From positions 41,384 through 105,383 of the forward strand of contig CAYGSL010000002.1 in the NCBI GenBank assembly GCA_964352475.1: a stretch of DNA of 64,000 nt, given 5' to 3'. Under the pieces are notes generated by a model. It was not told the origin of the DNA and ran no database searches. It saw nothing but the letters and a program-made list of their open reading frames with translations. The stretch is from an uncultured Pseudomonadales bacterium. Lineage in GTDB: Bacteria > Pseudomonadota > Gammaproteobacteria > Pseudomonadales > JAUIET01. Below, piece by piece: positions 19,801-28,459 of the stretch; position 1 is the stretch's first letter, and each line of letters opens with the position of its first letter. Both the position numbers and the translations under genes were made by a program.

Positions 19801-19962
19801 ATGAGCAAACATCAAATTACCCCAGAGCAAGTACGTAAAATTGAAGATGCGCTGGAAGAGCGTAAGCAGAATCGTGAGCGCCGAAAAAGCAGCGAAAACT
19901 TCCCCAACGATTTCGATCGTAGAGAACATCACGGTGATCGGCGCGAAGAAGCGCAAGACTAA
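19801..19962 (+). CDS. candidate 53-aa highly charged small protein (below ORF-track cutoff)
   Basis: Own translation: MSKHQITPEQVRKIEDALEERKQNRERRKSSENFPNDFDRREHHGDRREEAQD*. GGAG lies 8-11 nt upstream of the ATG. Codon choice resembles neighbouring genes. It competes with the hydrophobic antisense ORF 19753..19956. Confidence 0.4.
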   Translation: MSKHQITPEQVRKIEDALEERKQNRERRKSSENFPNDFDRREHHGDRREEAQD

Positions 19963-19980
19963 GCTTTAGAGCTTCTTAAC

Positions 19981-21039
19981 TCAGCGTTTCAGCTGCTCGT
20001 ATCGATTTCTAAAGCGATGCGCTTTTTGTAAGCGCTCACGCAATGCTTCGTCCTCAGGCGACAATGCGTAAGCGTACTCCCAATGTTCAATTGCCTTGTC
20101 AATATCACCCAGGCTGTATTGATATTTGCCTTGTTCAATACGCTGGTCAACGTCCGTCACTATTAATGCCGCCAATCGAGACTGTTCTTTTGCCAGTGCA
20201 GCATCGCCCGGTTTCAGCGTCAGCGCTTCATCCAGGTGTAGCTTGGCGTTGACCAGGTTTTTCTGCCGTACAGAATACCGATATCGGTGCAGTGCAGCGG
20301 CAACAGCCGCCTCGTCTACTTTCAGCTGCGCCTCGGGAACCACTTCTTCCAAAAGCGGCTTGGGTTTGCTGGCGACTCGAGCCGGCTTTATCCGCGCCTT
20401 TACCACGCGTAAAGCCGTATTTGTTCGCTCATCATCACGCAAATTCCTGGACAACTGCAGCATGTTGCGCGCATCTCGCCACTTTTTTCCAGCCATTAAA
20501 CGCTGACCCTCAGCCAGTAATGCTTCGGCGATATCCGAGGCCTCAGCAAGGCCTTGCTGATACCTGTCAGGGTCGCCCGAATCATTGATCATCTTTAGCC
20601 GCTTCAATTCTTCCGGCAAGCGTTTTGCGCGAAGTATTCGGTAGGCAAGTAATTGCTTGCGATGGAAAGCATCCCGAGAAATATAGAATGTATTCAGAGC
20701 CTCTCGTAAAGTCTGACTTTCCGGGTAGGCCTGCAGAGCGCCCTGATACAGCTCGTTGGCTGATGCCCACGACTGTTCTTCTTGCAAGCTGCTTGCTTCG
20801 GAAATCACAGCTTTTTCATAGGCCGATGATGCCTTGAGGTTATTCTGCAGAAGCTCCTGTCTGGCTTGCGCAGTCCATTCCTCACCCTCGGCCGCATTTT
20901 CTATTGCTCGCTTTGCAGCGCCAAATTTGAATTCTTTCTGCAGCTGGGCCACTTTTTCCGCCAATGGCACTTCTTCCACGGGCTGCACGGCACAAGCGCC
21001 TAACAACGCTACCAGCGCCGCGATGAGCAACTTTTGCAT
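19981..21039 (-). CDS. helical (TPR-like) lipoprotein, function unknown
   Basis: ORF 19981..21066. Start taken at MQKLLIAALVALLGAC (lipobox LGAC). All-helical, repeat-like sequence. Immediately downstream of the cyclase gene. Confidence 0.75.
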   Translation of the reverse strand: MQKLLIAALVALLGACAVQPVEEVPLAEKVAQLQKEFKFGAAKRAIENAAEGEEWTAQARQELLQNNLKASSAYEKAVISEASSLQEEQSWASANELYQGALQAYPESQTLREALNTFYISRDAFHRKQLLAYRILRAKRLPEELKRLKMINDSGDPDRYQQGLAEASDIAEALLAEGQRLMAGKKWRDARNMLQLSRNLRDDERTNTALRVVKARIKPARVASKPKPLLEEVVPEAQLKVDEAAVAAALHRYRYSVRQKNLVNAKLHLDEALTLKPGDAALAKEQSRLAALIVTDVDQRIEQGKYQYSLGDIDKAIEHWEYAYALSPEDEALRERLQKAHRFRNRYEQLKR

Positions 21040-21066
21040 TAGCTGTGTGGACACGCTCATGTGCAA

Positions 21067-22521
21067 TCAGGCAGCTCGCTGCGTACTGAGAACATCCTGA
21101 ATCAGATTTTCCATCACAAAAGGATTGATCTGATCCAGATCAAGCACGTTGTAAATAGTGATAGGCTCGGATTTACCGCGTACCCGAATCTGACGCTGTG
21201 GTTCAACCCGTAAGGTTTTGTGCTCGGATACGCGCTCATACAAACCTTCTTCAATAATAATCTGGCCACTGCGAGCTTCGTTGGAAAGTCGCGAGGCCAG
21301 ATTAACCGAATCGCCTACCACTGTATATTCCAGTCGATTGTTGGAACCCAGTAAACCGGCCAACATCTGACCACTGTTAACACCTATTCGTAGTTCAACG
21401 GCGAATTCTCCATCATCAAGCCTTTTTTGATTCAGTCGGTTGATCAGTTTTTGCATCAGCACGGCGCAGGCTACCGCATGGAATTCGTGCTGCGGATCCT
21501 GTTTGGGGGCGCCGAACACTACCATGGCGCAATCGCCTATGAATTTATCGATGGTTCCGAAATACGCTTTGGCACAGGCCTCTAGGTGATTGAAGTATTC
21601 ATTCAGCAACTCGCTCACTTCCCGTGGCGACAATTGCTCGCTGATGTGAGTAAAGCCCACGATATCGGCGAACAACACCGTGGCGTTCACTTGTTGGCCG
21701 CCATCACGAATCGTGTCCAACTGGTCGATCACTTCACTTGCCACGCCCTTGGTCAGCATCTGCTCCATCAGGTCTTCAAGCTGGTTTTTTCTGTTCAAGC
21801 CAGAACCCATTTCATTGATGGCAGTAATCAATTGACCAAACTCATCCTGTCGTTGAGTTGATATTGGTGAGAATTTTCCATCGCGAATGTTGTTGCTGGC
21901 GGCAACCAATTCATGCAGCGGTCCGGTTAAACGTCGGCTGAGTAAATACACCAGGGCACAAATAGCCAGCAGCAAGCTACCACTTATACCGGCAACCCAT
22001 ACCAGTGACTTTTGGCTTGAGCGCAGCAAAGCGGCCTGGGAATAGCTGGCAACCGCATAACCTGCAGTCACTCCCTTAAAACGGATTGGCTCAATATGAA
22101 TCGACAGAGTTTCAACGCGCGGGCGTTTTCTATCATCAGGTACTGACATCTGCAGCTCCTGATACGGCTTATCAAACAGCAGCTCATCACGATCGGGAAG
22201 CAAGCCATCGTTAGCAACTAACAATCCGTCCAGATCGAAAATGCCGGCTCCCAGAATGCGCTCGTTGGCTGCGATTTTTTTGGTTAGCGCTTGTAACTGA
22301 TAGGTCTCATCGGTAAACAGAGGCTCAACGGCATTGTTAGCCAACTGCTCAGTGATCAATGTGCTGTAGTCATAGCTGTGTGCACTGACCAGGCGAGACT
22401 GGTTGTTAAGCAGTACAACGGTCAGTAAAGCGATGCCTAGCATCACCAATACGCTGATGCTTAGGGCGAGCTTTAGGGCTATGGGAATTCTTGGCACCAG
22501 TGGTTTCGTCTCGCTAATCAA
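21067..22521 (-). CDS. membrane sensor class III adenylate/guanylate cyclase with HAMP domain
   Basis: 484 aa. Two TM segments flank a roughly 140-aa periplasmic region. HAMP (LTGPLHELVAASNNIRDGKF). Cyclase core (VLFADIVGFT, DKFIGDCAMVVFGAP, VGDSVNLASRL). Confidence 0.88.
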   Translation of the reverse strand: MISETKPLVPRIPIALKLALSISVLVMLGIALLTVVLLNNQSRLVSAHSYDYSTLITEQLANNAVEPLFTDETYQLQALTKKIAANERILGAGIFDLDGLLVANDGLLPDRDELLFDKPYQELQMSVPDDRKRPRVETLSIHIEPIRFKGVTAGYAVASYSQAALLRSSQKSLVWVAGISGSLLLAICALVYLLSRRLTGPLHELVAASNNIRDGKFSPISTQRQDEFGQLITAINEMGSGLNRKNQLEDLMEQMLTKGVASEVIDQLDTIRDGGQQVNATVLFADIVGFTHISEQLSPREVSELLNEYFNHLEACAKAYFGTIDKFIGDCAMVVFGAPKQDPQHEFHAVACAVLMQKLINRLNQKRLDDGEFAVELRIGVNSGQMLAGLLGSNNRLEYTVVGDSVNLASRLSNEARSGQIIIEEGLYERVSEHKTLRVEPQRQIRVRGKSEPITIYNVLDLDQINPFVMENLIQDVLSTQRAA

Positions 22522-22847
22522 TCAGTGTTTCGCGCATACCTATGCACGTGGTTCAGGCGGCTTGTCTGCGCGCGTGAGCGCCTTGCCCGAGAAAACAACA
22601 GGCCTCGTTTAACAATAGTTTATGCGTTAAAAAACAACCAGTTAGCGACGTGCGGTACCGATGAACGGTAGGCTTTATCTGCCTGCGGTCAAATTGCTCG
22701 GTGATTTCTGGCCAGTACGTCGTAATTCGCACCGAAATGGCGATTTATGCCACTGAGTTAAAAGCGCATAGAACACAATGATCTGGTGCGCGAGGGCGCT
22801 GCGTACTAAGCTATGAAACAAGCATGAGTCAACTTTGCACAAGCGTA

Positions 22848-22876
22848 TTGGGATTGGCGCGTGCAGAGGCTATAAT
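22848..22876 (+). promoter_or_regulatory. candidate sigma70 promoter for the cytochrome c5 gene
   Basis: TTGGGA (22848-22853), 17-nt spacer, perfect TATAAT (22871-22876), about 75 nt upstream of the TTG start. Confidence 0.35.
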
Positions 22877-22951
22877 GCGCGCCGCCCGTGCCCGGTGACT
22901 AATGCCCGGTTACCGACGTTTTCAACTTTGCTTCTTCGAGAGATCGTTATT

Positions 22952-23389
22952 TTGAACATTCGCACTCCTCTTACCTCTTCATTGTCATGTTTGGCACTCC
23001 TTATCGGCATGGTTCTATCTATGAGTCTGCAGGCCACTGAAAAAATGGCACAGGAAGTAGCTGACCGAACCAAGCCGGTTGGTGAAGTGTGTATTGAGGG
23101 CGACCCGTGTGCTGCCCAGGCCGCCAGTGCAGCCAAACCCAGTGGGCCGCGAAGTGGTGAAGATATTTATGCCGCGGCATGCACCAGCTGCCACGCATTA
23201 GGTGTTGCCGGTGCACCGACATTTGGAGATGTTGCTATGTGGGCGCCGCGAATCGCCAAAGGCGTTGAGACCTTGTACACAAACTCAATCAAAGGCATCA
23301 ACGCCATGCCGCCTAAAGGGTTGTGCATGGACTGCTCTGACGAAGAGATCCAGGCCGTGGTTGACTATATGCTGGATGCCGCCAGGTAG
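22952..23389 (+). CDS. cytochrome c5 family monoheme cytochrome
   Basis: ORF 22835..23389. TTG 22952 follows gagag and yields a signal peptide (LNIRTPLTSSLSCLALLIGMVLSMSLQA). Heme motif CTSCHA, plus a C-terminal Cys pair (CMDC) as in c5. Confidence 0.85.
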   Translation: MNIRTPLTSSLSCLALLIGMVLSMSLQATEKMAQEVADRTKPVGEVCIEGDPCAAQAASAAKPSGPRSGEDIYAAACTSCHALGVAGAPTFGDVAMWAPRIAKGVETLYTNSIKGINAMPPKGLCMDCSDEEIQAVVDYMLDAAR

Positions 23390-23411
23390 CCCAGCCCCTG
23401 ATCCAGGCGGC

Positions 23412-23891
23412 TTAGTGTATTTCCTCTAGCCGCCTTGCCTGCCAGAACCTTGGTGCCCAATAGCTGTTGTTCATGTCAGACTGGGTAACCCCGGCACTTT
23501 TCGACGCGTGAATGAACTGGCCATCGCTTAGATAGATGCCAACATGTCTGACCCCGCGGCCGGTGCGGAAGAACACCAGGTCACCGCTTCTAAGCTGGCT
23601 TCTGGATATTTTCTTTCCCTGGCGAACTTGCAGTTCGGTAGTACGGGGTAATGCGCTGGCAAAGCGTTGCTGAAAAGTATTCTGAACAAAACCGGAGCAA
23701 TCAATGCCGCGTTTGCTGTTTCCGCCCAAAAGATACGGCGTTCCGCGCCACTGCGCGAGCTGCGCGTGTAAAGCAGTTTCAATCGTATTGGTCTTGCCGG
23801 CCCTGTTGTCTTGCTGAGCCACTTTACCCGGGCCAGTGCACGCTGACAGTACGCTGATAAGCAAGAGAATGGCGGTAATTCGGGCTGGCAT
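23412..23891 (-). CDS. NlpC/P60 (C40) peptidoglycan endopeptidase lipoprotein
   Basis: ORF 23412..23924. ATG 23891 gives the lipoprotein signal MPARITAILLLISVLSAC. Catalytic region GIDCSGFV ... HVGIY. Confidence 0.88.
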   Translation of the reverse strand: MPARITAILLLISVLSACTGPGKVAQQDNRAGKTNTIETALHAQLAQWRGTPYLLGGNSKRGIDCSGFVQNTFQQRFASALPRTTELQVRQGKKISRSQLRSGDLVFFRTGRGVRHVGIYLSDGQFIHASKSAGVTQSDMNNSYWAPRFWQARRLEEIH

Positions 23892-23927
23892 AAGGCTTGA
23901 GTGTAGCAAAGCTGGCTCGAACAAACC

Positions 23928-25937
23928 CTAGTCGAACAAGGCCTTCAGGCCCGATAGCGTTTGTTCACCGCGTTGCTGGTTCGCTTCGGGCGAGGCTGCA
24001 TTGCGCTGCGGCCAATGAATGCAGTCACCGGGCAGCTCATCAAGGAAACGCGAGGGCTCACAATCAATAACATGGCCGTGTTGCTTGCGTTTTCGCGTAT
24101 AGACCATGGTTAGTGTCTCCTGCGCCCGGGTGATACCCACATAAGCAAGCCTGCGCTCCTCGTCGATATTCCCTTCATCTATGCTGTTGTGGTGCGGCAA
24201 AATGCGTTCTTCTACACCCATCATAAATACGTGTCTGAATTCCAGACCCTTGGCAGCGTGCAGGGTTAGCAGTTGAATCTGGTCCATTTCTTCTTCATTT
24301 TCCTGTCGTTCCAGCATGTCGCGCAGCACCAGCTTTCCGATCACTGCTTCGATCGCCTGATCCGTTTCTTCTTCCTCATCCCGATTGTTCAAGTCCTTTT
24401 CGATGCTGCCCAGCAAAAATTGCACGTTCGCCCAACGCTTTTCTGCCGCCGCCGGGGTACTGCTGTTTTGCAATAGCCAGTCTTCATAAGCAATATCCGC
24501 AAGCAGTTCGCGTACAGCCGCCATAGGGCTCTCGGCGAGATAACGTTGCTTGGCGATCAGCCAATCACCAAAGCCGCGCACGGATTGGGCCGCTTTCCCG
24601 GTTAATTGAGTGTATAAGCCCAACTCTGAACAAGCGCTTAACAGACCGCAGTCGCGGCTTTTGGCGTAAGCCGCCACCGTCTCCAGAGTTTGGGCGCCAA
24701 TACCTCGTCTGGGCACGTTTACTACCCGCAGGAAGGCGCTGTCGTCGTCGGGGTTAACCAGCAAACGCAAATACGCCATCACGTCCTTGATTTCGTTGCG
24801 GGCAAAAAACGATGTGCCGCCGCTGATTCGATACGGTAGTTGATCCGCTTGCAGGCGCATTTCCAGCAGCCTGGCCTGGAAATTACCTCTATACAGTACC
24901 GCAAAATCCGACAGGTCCGCGCTTGAACGCAAGCGCCGGTCAAGAATGGAGTCCACAATGTAGTCGACTTCATCCTGGTCGTCGGTTCTGCATTCGATGC
25001 GAATCGGCTCACCAGGTGCGAGGCTGCTCCAAAGCTGTTTTTCAAACACGTGCGGGTTATTGGCGATCAATTGGTTAGCCGCATTCAATATAGTGGGGGT
25101 AGAGCGGTAGTTTTGCTCCAGTTTCACCAATTCAAGCTGATGGTAGTCTTCTTGCAGCTTGCCCAGGTTTTCAGGTCGTGCGCCGCGCCAGGCATAAATG
25201 GACTGGTCGTCATCGCCCACTACCGTGAGCATCTGCCGGCTTGAAGTTAACAACTGCACTAATTCGTACTGGCTGGTGTTGGTGTCCTGGTACTCATCCA
25301 CTAATAAATAATGCACCCGAGATTGCCACTTTTCCAATAACTCCGGATTGTCGCGTAAGGCCAGAACCGGGCGGTAGATCAGGTCGTCAAAATCTACGGC
25401 GTTGTACGCAGCCAGGCTTCGCTGATAACGCTCAAACAGCGCAGCTGCCTGCAACTCTACGGGATTGCTGGCCAGGCTGCGTACATCGGCCGGGCGCAGC
25501 AATTCGTTTTTCCATTCCGAGATTAGGTATTGGCAGGTTTTGACAATCTCCACCTCATCACCGCGCTCATGCATGGCCAGCTCCTTGAGCAAGCCCATGG
25601 AGTCTTCGGCATCGAAAATTGAAAAGCCGTTATTGAGCTCGAACAGGGCGAGGTCACGGCGCAATATTTGCAGACCTAGCGTATGAAAAGTAGAGATACC
25701 CACACCGCGAGCTTGCTTGCCCAGGGTAGCGCTAAGCCGATGACGCATTTCCTGCGCCGCCTTGTTGGTGAATGTAACGGCGATAATCTTGTTGGGCGTA
25801 TAGCCGCACTGGTCTACCAGATACGCAATTTTTTCAGTGATAACACGTGTTTTACCACTGCCTGCGCCGGCCAATACCAACATGGGGCCATCAATGTATT
25901 TAACCGCGCGTTGTTGCGGTGCGTTTAGAGAATTCAA
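23928..25937 (-). CDS. rep: ATP-dependent DNA helicase Rep (UvrD/Rep family)
   Basis: ORF 23928..26006. LAGAGSGKTRV (motif I), VDEYQDTN, and later UvrD-family motifs. Comparison with remembered Rep N-termini suggests the start near LNAPQQ (TTG 25937); ATG 25994 is the alternative. Confidence 0.92.
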   Translation of the reverse strand: MNSLNAPQQRAVKYIDGPMLVLAGAGSGKTRVITEKIAYLVDQCGYTPNKIIAVTFTNKAAQEMRHRLSATLGKQARGVGISTFHTLGLQILRRDLALFELNNGFSIFDAEDSMGLLKELAMHERGDEVEIVKTCQYLISEWKNELLRPADVRSLASNPVELQAAALFERYQRSLAAYNAVDFDDLIYRPVLALRDNPELLEKWQSRVHYLLVDEYQDTNTSQYELVQLLTSSRQMLTVVGDDDQSIYAWRGARPENLGKLQEDYHQLELVKLEQNYRSTPTILNAANQLIANNPHVFEKQLWSSLAPGEPIRIECRTDDQDEVDYIVDSILDRRLRSSADLSDFAVLYRGNFQARLLEMRLQADQLPYRISGGTSFFARNEIKDVMAYLRLLVNPDDDSAFLRVVNVPRRGIGAQTLETVAAYAKSRDCGLLSACSELGLYTQLTGKAAQSVRGFGDWLIAKQRYLAESPMAAVRELLADIAYEDWLLQNSSTPAAAEKRWANVQFLLGSIEKDLNNRDEEEETDQAIEAVIGKLVLRDMLERQENEEEMDQIQLLTLHAAKGLEFRHVFMMGVEERILPHHNSIDEGNIDEERRLAYVGITRAQETLTMVYTRKRKQHGHVIDCEPSRFLDELPGDCIHWPQRNAASPEANQQRGEQTLSGLKALFD

Positions 25938-26060
25938 CGAGGTGTACTGCAATGGGAATTCAGCGGGCGCGTATAGTAACAGACGTACACCCATAATGAG
26001 CGACAAATGGCAGCTCTAAATATTGCAAACGCGGTTGAATTACTGCACAGTCGTAGATGC

Positions 26061-27812
26061 ATGGAATTGTCACTGGTACCCGACAGCGGGGTTGAAAAAG
26101 CGCTGCACAGCAGCACGCGTGTACTCCTGGTGAGTGAGCGCAAGAGCGATTACCTGCGCGTGTCTCATGTGCTCTCGGCTATCGATTCGCGGCGTTTCGA
26201 ACTTACCTGGTGTGCTGATCTTGAGCATGCACTGGAAGCCATGCTCAGCCAGATCCACGACGTGGTTTTGCTCGATTACAATCCGGAATTCGCGCCAGAT
26301 GAAGGCAGGCGCTTATTGCATGCGGCCAACCAACACGGCTGTACCGAGCCCATCATTGTATTGACAGACACTCTGGACAAGCAACTGGACCAGGAAGTGA
26401 TAAAGGCGGGCGCCTCTGATTACCTGACTAAAACCCAGCTTAATACACGCGTGCTGGAGCGCGCGATTCGCTATGCGCTGGACCGCAAACAAGCCGAACT
26501 CAAATTGTCGCGACTGGCGCATTACGACGCGCTCAGCGGTGTGCCTAACCGGGTTCTGTTTAAAGATCGGCTTGAGCGCGCCATTCAACGCGCCGAACGA
26601 GGCCATCAGGGTGTTGCCTTATTGTTCCTGGATTTTGACGGCTTCAAAGCCGTCAACGATACCTACGGCCATGACGCTGGTGACCGCTTGATTGAGCTGA
26701 TCGCCGAGCGCTTATCGGCCTGCATGCGAAAAACGGATAGCGTGGCACGTCTTGGCGGCGACGAATTTACAGTGGTTCTGGAAGATGTGAATTCCCGGGC
26801 CGATATTATTAATGTGGCACGCAAAATAATCCGCACCGTTGCCAAACCGTTTCCCATAATGGGAAATCAGATTGTTGCCGGCTGCAGCATAGGAATTGCA
26901 CCCTACCCCGATGCCGGCACTGATTTCGACACCTTGCTGAAACACGCTGACACCGCGATGTATCAGGCCAAAGAGATACAAGGCAGCGCTTACAAATTTT
27001 ACAGCGACCAAATGAGCGCCGATGCGCTGGATCACAACCGGCTGGACAAGGAACTTAAGCAAGCATCACAAAACAGCGAATGGCAGCTGCACTTCCAGCC
27101 CAGAGTTGATTTGGCAAGCCGCAAGATCAATGGCATTGAATGCTTGCTGCGCTGGCAGCACCCGTCTGACGGATTGTTGAAACCGCAAGATTTTCTGCAC
27201 ACGGCTGAAGAAACCGGCCAAATTGTTCAAATTGGTTATTGGGTAATACATGAGGCTTGCCAGGTACTGAGCAAGCTGGATGACCTGGGTTACCCGGCCT
27301 TGAATGTGGCGGTTAATTTATCGCTGCAACAAATTCAAGACCCTGCCTTTGTGGCTACCGTCACTCAAATTGTTGAACAAAGCGGTATTGATGCACGACG
27401 CCTGGAACTCGAAATTGCCGAGCCAGCCTTGATGCATAACGCGGAAGAAAAACTGAGTATTATGGAAGCGGTACACGCTCTCGGCCCCAGCTTCACACTG
27501 GACAGTTTCGGAACCGGATTTTCATCGTTCCCGCAAATGCAGCGGCTGCCAATTCAAGCGGTGAAGGTAGATCGCAGTGTGGTACAAAATATTTTAAACA
27601 GCGACTCTGACGCAAAAATAGTCAAAGCCATGATTAACCTGGCAAAAAGCCTGGACCTGCATATTGTGGCTGAAGGTGCAGAAACAATAGAAGAAGTTCG
27701 TTTCCTGAAGAAGCATCAGTGTGACGCGATGCAAGGGCACTACTTTAGTGAGGCCGTGCCATTCGACGCATTGTGCCAGCTGCTAAACGCTAAAGTGTTG
27801 CTGGCGGTGTGA
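26061..27812 (+). CDS. response-regulator-like REC + GGDEF + EAL protein
   Basis: ORF 26007..27812; start may be ATG 26061 (MELSLV). REC-like N-terminus (VVLLDYN, IIVLTD, KAGASDYLTK). GGDEF (RLGGDEFTVVL). EAL-type domain with an ECLLRW variant, plus DSFGTG and KVDRS. Confidence 0.9.
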   Translation: MELSLVPDSGVEKALHSSTRVLLVSERKSDYLRVSHVLSAIDSRRFELTWCADLEHALEAMLSQIHDVVLLDYNPEFAPDEGRRLLHAANQHGCTEPIIVLTDTLDKQLDQEVIKAGASDYLTKTQLNTRVLERAIRYALDRKQAELKLSRLAHYDALSGVPNRVLFKDRLERAIQRAERGHQGVALLFLDFDGFKAVNDTYGHDAGDRLIELIAERLSACMRKTDSVARLGGDEFTVVLEDVNSRADIINVARKIIRTVAKPFPIMGNQIVAGCSIGIAPYPDAGTDFDTLLKHADTAMYQAKEIQGSAYKFYSDQMSADALDHNRLDKELKQASQNSEWQLHFQPRVDLASRKINGIECLLRWQHPSDGLLKPQDFLHTAEETGQIVQIGYWVIHEACQVLSKLDDLGYPALNVAVNLSLQQIQDPAFVATVTQIVEQSGIDARRLELEIAEPALMHNAEEKLSIMEAVHALGPSFTLDSFGTGFSSFPQMQRLPIQAVKVDRSVVQNILNSDSDAKIVKAMINLAKSLDLHIVAEGAETIEEVRFLKKHQCDAMQGHYFSEAVPFDALCQLLNAKVLLAV

Positions 27813-28450
27813 CCGAATCAATAGAGTCAGTGGCAGCCCAGCCGCATTCAACAGCTAAATATTCAGCGCGTATTGCCGGTGCCACTGACACTGAGCTGTT
27901 AGCCACAATACTCGCCGACGCCTTTCATGAAGACTCTGTGGTGCGCTGGATTATTCCAGATTCGAAATACGATCAGAAGTTTTTCACTATTGATTTACGG
28001 CAGGCCTATTTGCCCTATAGGCATTGCTGGGTACTCGCTGGAGGCGAAGGTGCGGCTTGCTGGTTGCCACCTGAGGCTGAGGTCAAGGGTGCCCCTATAT
28101 TGCCTTTACTCAGTGTGTTTGTACCAATTATTTTAAAATACGGCTTTCAATGCGTGAAACGCGGCGGCGTGATAGAACAGGTGTTTGCTGAGCACCGACC
28201 GAAACAGGCTCACTATTACTTGCATATGCTAGGTGCCAGGCACGATCAGCAGGGAAAAGGTGTGGGCAGCGCATTGTTAACAGAAGGCTTGAAAGTAGTG
28301 GATCAAAAAGGCATGCCTGCGTATCTGGAAAGCTCTAACGAAAGTAACCTGCCGCTGTATGAGCGCTTTGGTTTTCGCACCACCAGCGAACAAACCCTTG
28401 GCAATGATGGCCCCAGGGTGTGGTTCATGTGGCGCGAGGCACAATCCTGA
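27809..28450 (+). CDS. GNAT family N-acetyltransferase
   Basis: 213 aa. Acetyl-CoA binding region QQGKGVGSALL and C-terminal YERFGF. GTG start overlaps the upstream stop. Confidence 0.8.
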   Translation: MTESIESVAAQPHSTAKYSARIAGATDTELLATILADAFHEDSVVRWIIPDSKYDQKFFTIDLRQAYLPYRHCWVLAGGEGAACWLPPEAEVKGAPILPLLSVFVPIILKYGFQCVKRGGVIEQVFAEHRPKQAHYYLHMLGARHDQQGKGVGSALLTEGLKVVDQKGMPAYLESSNESNLPLYERFGFRTTSEQTLGNDGPRVWFMWREAQS

Positions 28451-28459
28451 TAATATTGA

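Noticed and set aside
19753-19956. Listed 67-aa minus-strand ORF (hydrophobic) in the GGDEF-lipoprotein gap.
   Set aside because: No SD-like sequence and no recognisable family. The opposite-strand 53-codon ORF has a better ribosome-binding site and codon pattern. Neither is proven, so only the plus-strand candidate is reported, at low confidence.
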